From Amoebophrya sp. A120 (lineage: Eukaryota > Protista > Dinoflagellata), in contig CAJINV010000002.1 in the NCBI GenBank assembly GCA_905178155.1, forward strand, positions 12,223,621 through 12,287,620: 64,000 bases of DNA, in the 5' to 3' direction. The notes below the pieces were generated by a model. The model was given only the letters and a program-made list of their open reading frames with translations, was not told where the DNA came from and did no database searches. Positions 61,030 through 64,000 of the stretch are shown piece by piece (position 1 is the stretch's first letter; each line of letters begins with the position of its first letter). Position numbers and translations under genes: made by a program.

Positions 61030-63851
61030 TTATCCACCAGGTCCAGGCCCTAAACTCCCTATCGCTCCGGACATCACGGCCCCCCCGCCTGCTGTTGGCA
61101 CTACTCCATTTCCTCCGGCGCCATCCTCAGTTGTAGAATTTGGGCTTCGATTTCTACCGGAGGCACTGGAGAGCACCTTTTTCAGCTGCAGACCGATCTT
61201 CTCCGACACGCGCGTGACTCCGTCGACGGCCCCAGTAAAGCTGCGACTGCTGCCGGAAAACTGCATCTGCTCCTGCTGTTCTTGCGAAGACTGCATTTGC
61301 TGGTGGCGCAAGAAGTCGCTGGTCGAATACAGGTCGCTGGACCCCCGAATGTGGCTCTCCGAAAGCAGGTTCTGCAGCACGATCTGCTCGTGCGGAGGCG
61401 GCGAAGAAGGTCCTCCCGCTGGTGTCGTGCCACGATCTCCTGACGCAGTGGCAGTCCCTGCAGCACTCGACGAGGATGATGCGACGACGAGTCCCGCAGC
61501 ACTAGCTGCACTTCCTACGATATCAAATGTAAAAACGTCTGGGTCTGGAAAAATGCAAGTTTGTCATGCTTGTCTGGCATGACTCTTAAATCTGTCATGC
61601 ACATTACCAAAGAGTCCCACTTTTCTGTCATGCAGAAACGTAGTTTGTCATGCAGAATAGGCAACACCTAGAAGCTCAGAAACTTATCATGCTGAGCCAG
61701 CAATTGTGGCCTCCTCATGATATGCCACACAGCATCACAAATTTCCAGACCCAGACATTTTTACATTTGATATACGAAGGAGCTTGAGGGCCGCAGCGGC
61801 CCGGCGAAGGACCCGGACCTGGGCTGGTGCGCGTCGCTGCCCCCGACAAGCGACGTATCAAATGTAAAAATGTCTGGGTCCGGAAGAATGCAACTTGTGA
61901 TGCGCATTTCACATCACACAAAAATCTGTCATGCATGTACGCCAAAAGGTGCACATTTTCCGGTCACCGAAAGAAGGGCTTTGTCATGCGGATGACGCAT
62001 TAGGAGACCTTCTCAAAACCTGTCATGCTAGGGCGTGCATGGTATACCTTCTGGATCATGCCAAAGCTGCATCACAAACCTCTGCATTTTTCCAGACCCA
62101 GACATTTTTACACTTGATACGACGAGGCCGGCGGCAGTGGTTGCGCAGAAGACGCAGATGCCCCGGAGCCACTACCACTCGCTGCTGCTTGCGCAAATGG
62201 TGCACTGCTCGACGAGGAAGAACTCGAAAGCGTTCCTTGTCCTTGCTGCAGCGCGCTGTTGCTGTTCACGAGCAGGTGAGCAGGTGTTGCAGAGTGCACT
62301 ACGGTTCCTGCAGATGATATCATGCCACCGACAACCCCAGCTCCACCATCGTCAAAGGTAGACCCCGCCACACTGGTGCCTGTTGAGGATCGACCACTTG
62401 GAACCATTCCTCCGCCGAGCGTTGCCGATTGGTGGGAAACAGACGCCGGTATGGCGGGAAAATTCACGTTACTTGCTGACGAGCTCACACCTCCCAATGG
62501 CCCTCCACCGACCGTGGTGTTCACCGTCGTGCGAATGCCCTGAGAGGCGAGCGCTGGCGCAGCAAACGGGTCGACCGAATGCCGCAAAGCCATGCTCTGG
62601 AGAGGACCGCCACTGGTAGTGATTTATTTTTCTTTTTGTGAATATCAATTTTTTTGAAAATTTATCACAGATCACAGATACATTCGTTGCTGGAGTAGTG
62701 AACTCTTGTGGTACCGTGCGGTTGCCAGCGATGCTCGTATCATGGCGTCCTCTGCGTCACGCGTGGATCTTCGCAGTGGCTCCGATTGAACCATAAATGA
62801 AGCGGAGTTATCGAGGACCGTGCTGCCCAAGTTGTCTCCACCCCCATGCTCCATGACCCCGTCGAGCATTGTAGCGGAACCCCCTGCGAGGGGTCCCCCG
62901 CCAACTCCCCCCGGTTGCCCCGCCCCGGGTCCTCGCTGCGGCAAGCCGAGTCCGAGTTGCTGCTGGTGCATGGTATTCAACACCTCGGGTTCGGGTGTGG
63001 GGGCAATCTGGTGAAACTGTGAAATTCGGTACACGATCTGATTGTACGCGTCTGGATATTTTTTCTTGACAATGTTGTTCAACGCGTCCGCGGTCAACTT
63101 CTCGGCAACCGTGTAGGTCTGTGCGCGGACGTACGCCGTCCGCTTCTGCCCCTTCTGGACCAGCGCAGTCTCGCCAAAGTAATCACCTAGGTTTGTTCGT
63201 TCATGACTTGTTTTTCTGCTCACTGGTGGCGGGTTGGACAATCCTTCTGTATCGGTCCATACACACATTTCAAGTTAGGTTTATTGTAGGTTCTGTTTCA
63301 TATATTGTGCGTCGTGCGCAGCTGTGGCGGGAAAAATAGGTGTACGTGTATCTATAAACAGGGAATACTACACCACGCAAGTTCGTGCGATAAACATCGT
63401 ACGGTGGAGACAAGGAGTAACTTCTACTCTAACACCAACTCTTGGAAGGAATATTTTTAGCACAAGACCACGACCAGAAGCACCTTCTCTTTTCTGTGCG
63501 ACGACGAGCTTATTTCGTGCGGTGGGAATGCCATTGGGTCCCGGCATGGAGTTTCGCCGGATGACGACGACGTCACAGAGACCGCGCAGAATGAAGTACA
63601 TTTCGAAGCCCTCCTGCCCGAACCGAATGATGTAGTCCCCCGGGGAAAACACCTCCTCGGCAAAGTTGTCGAGAATTTCAGCGACTCCGGCGGGGTGCAA
63701 GTCGCGAAAAAAGGGCGCTTTTTCAATCAGCGAGGCGAAGAGGCAAATCTTGATTTCCAGCACCAGTGCCTTCGAACTCGTGTTGTAGAGCAGATCGCAG
63801 GCCTGTTTGTCGTGCTGGACCTCTAGAAACTGGTGGTACATATTGATCCGC
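61030..63851 (-). CDS. 3' part of a cyclic-nucleotide-binding-domain ion channel (HCN/CNG/EAG-like C-linker plus CNBD)
   Basis: APFFRDL...EEVFSPGDYIIRFGQEGFEMYFILRGLCDV...GDYFGETALV...KRTAYVRAQTY. Canonical introns 63483-63187 and 62681-62613 plus two introners; continues beyond the window. The transmembrane part is not visible here. Confidence 0.82.
61521..61772. mobile_element. 252-bp TIR introner (family A), TSD TACGA
   Basis: TATCAAATGTAAAAACGTCTGGGTCTGGAAA / TTTCCAGACCCAGACATTTTTACATTTGATA; TACGA at 61516-61520 and 61773-61777; interior closely similar to 30070-30327. Confidence 0.94.
61856..62119. mobile_element. 264-bp TIR introner (family A), TSD CGACG
   Basis: TATCAAATGTAAAAATGTCTGGGTCCGGAA / TTCCAGACCCAGACATTTTTACACTTGATA; CGACG at 61851-61855 and 62120-62124; excision gives PPASS-LVGGSDAH. 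Confidence 0.94.
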
Positions 63852-64000
63852 TATCAAATGTAAAAATGTCTGAGTCTGGAAGATTGCCAGGTTTGTCATG
63901 CACATTTTGCATGACTCCTGATGTCTATGATGCATGCCCTAGCGTCACAGATTTTCTGAAGGCTTCCTAATGCCTATTCCGCATGACAAATGCTCTTTCC
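63852..64000. mobile_element. Family A TIR introner, truncated by the window end; predicted TSD TCCGC
   Basis: Begins TATCAAATGTAAAAATGTCTGAGTCTGGAAG directly against the channel exon; interior homologous to 17043-17304. Confidence 0.85.

Noticed and set aside
61512-61775. Canonical GT-AG alternative for the 61521 element using the AG just beyond the TSD
   Set aside because: It removes 261 nt instead of 257 and shifts the frame out of the downstream ORF.

Overview
Eukaryotic, gene-dense DNA, most likely from a parasitic dinoflagellate (Syndiniales, Amoebophrya-like). This is inferred from a myzozoan-type ATP synthase CHCH subunit, a trichocyst-matrix-like protein, strict gene co-orientation and inverted-repeat introns. 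About 14 intron-containing genes all lie on the minus strand. They include a divergent Pol-beta/TUTase-like nucleotidyltransferase, a dually acylated ATP-grasp ligase, a HAD_SAK_2-type phosphatase, an ATPTG7-like subunit, the 3' part of a CNBD ion channel and several low-complexity or membrane proteins. The main signal is a set of terminal-inverted-repeat (TIR) elements inside coding exons: eight complete small copies (109-306 bp, TAT...ATA ends, 5-bp target-site duplications [TSD]), one copy cut by the window edge, and one 1.3-kb copy with internal repeat arrays. In all nine complete cases, removing the element plus one TSD copy exactly restores the reading frame. Eight of the nine cannot be read as GT-AG, and one family occurs in both orientations. 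A second ~1.36-kb TIR element with minisatellites is intergenic. All gene models were assembled by hand and lack transcript support.
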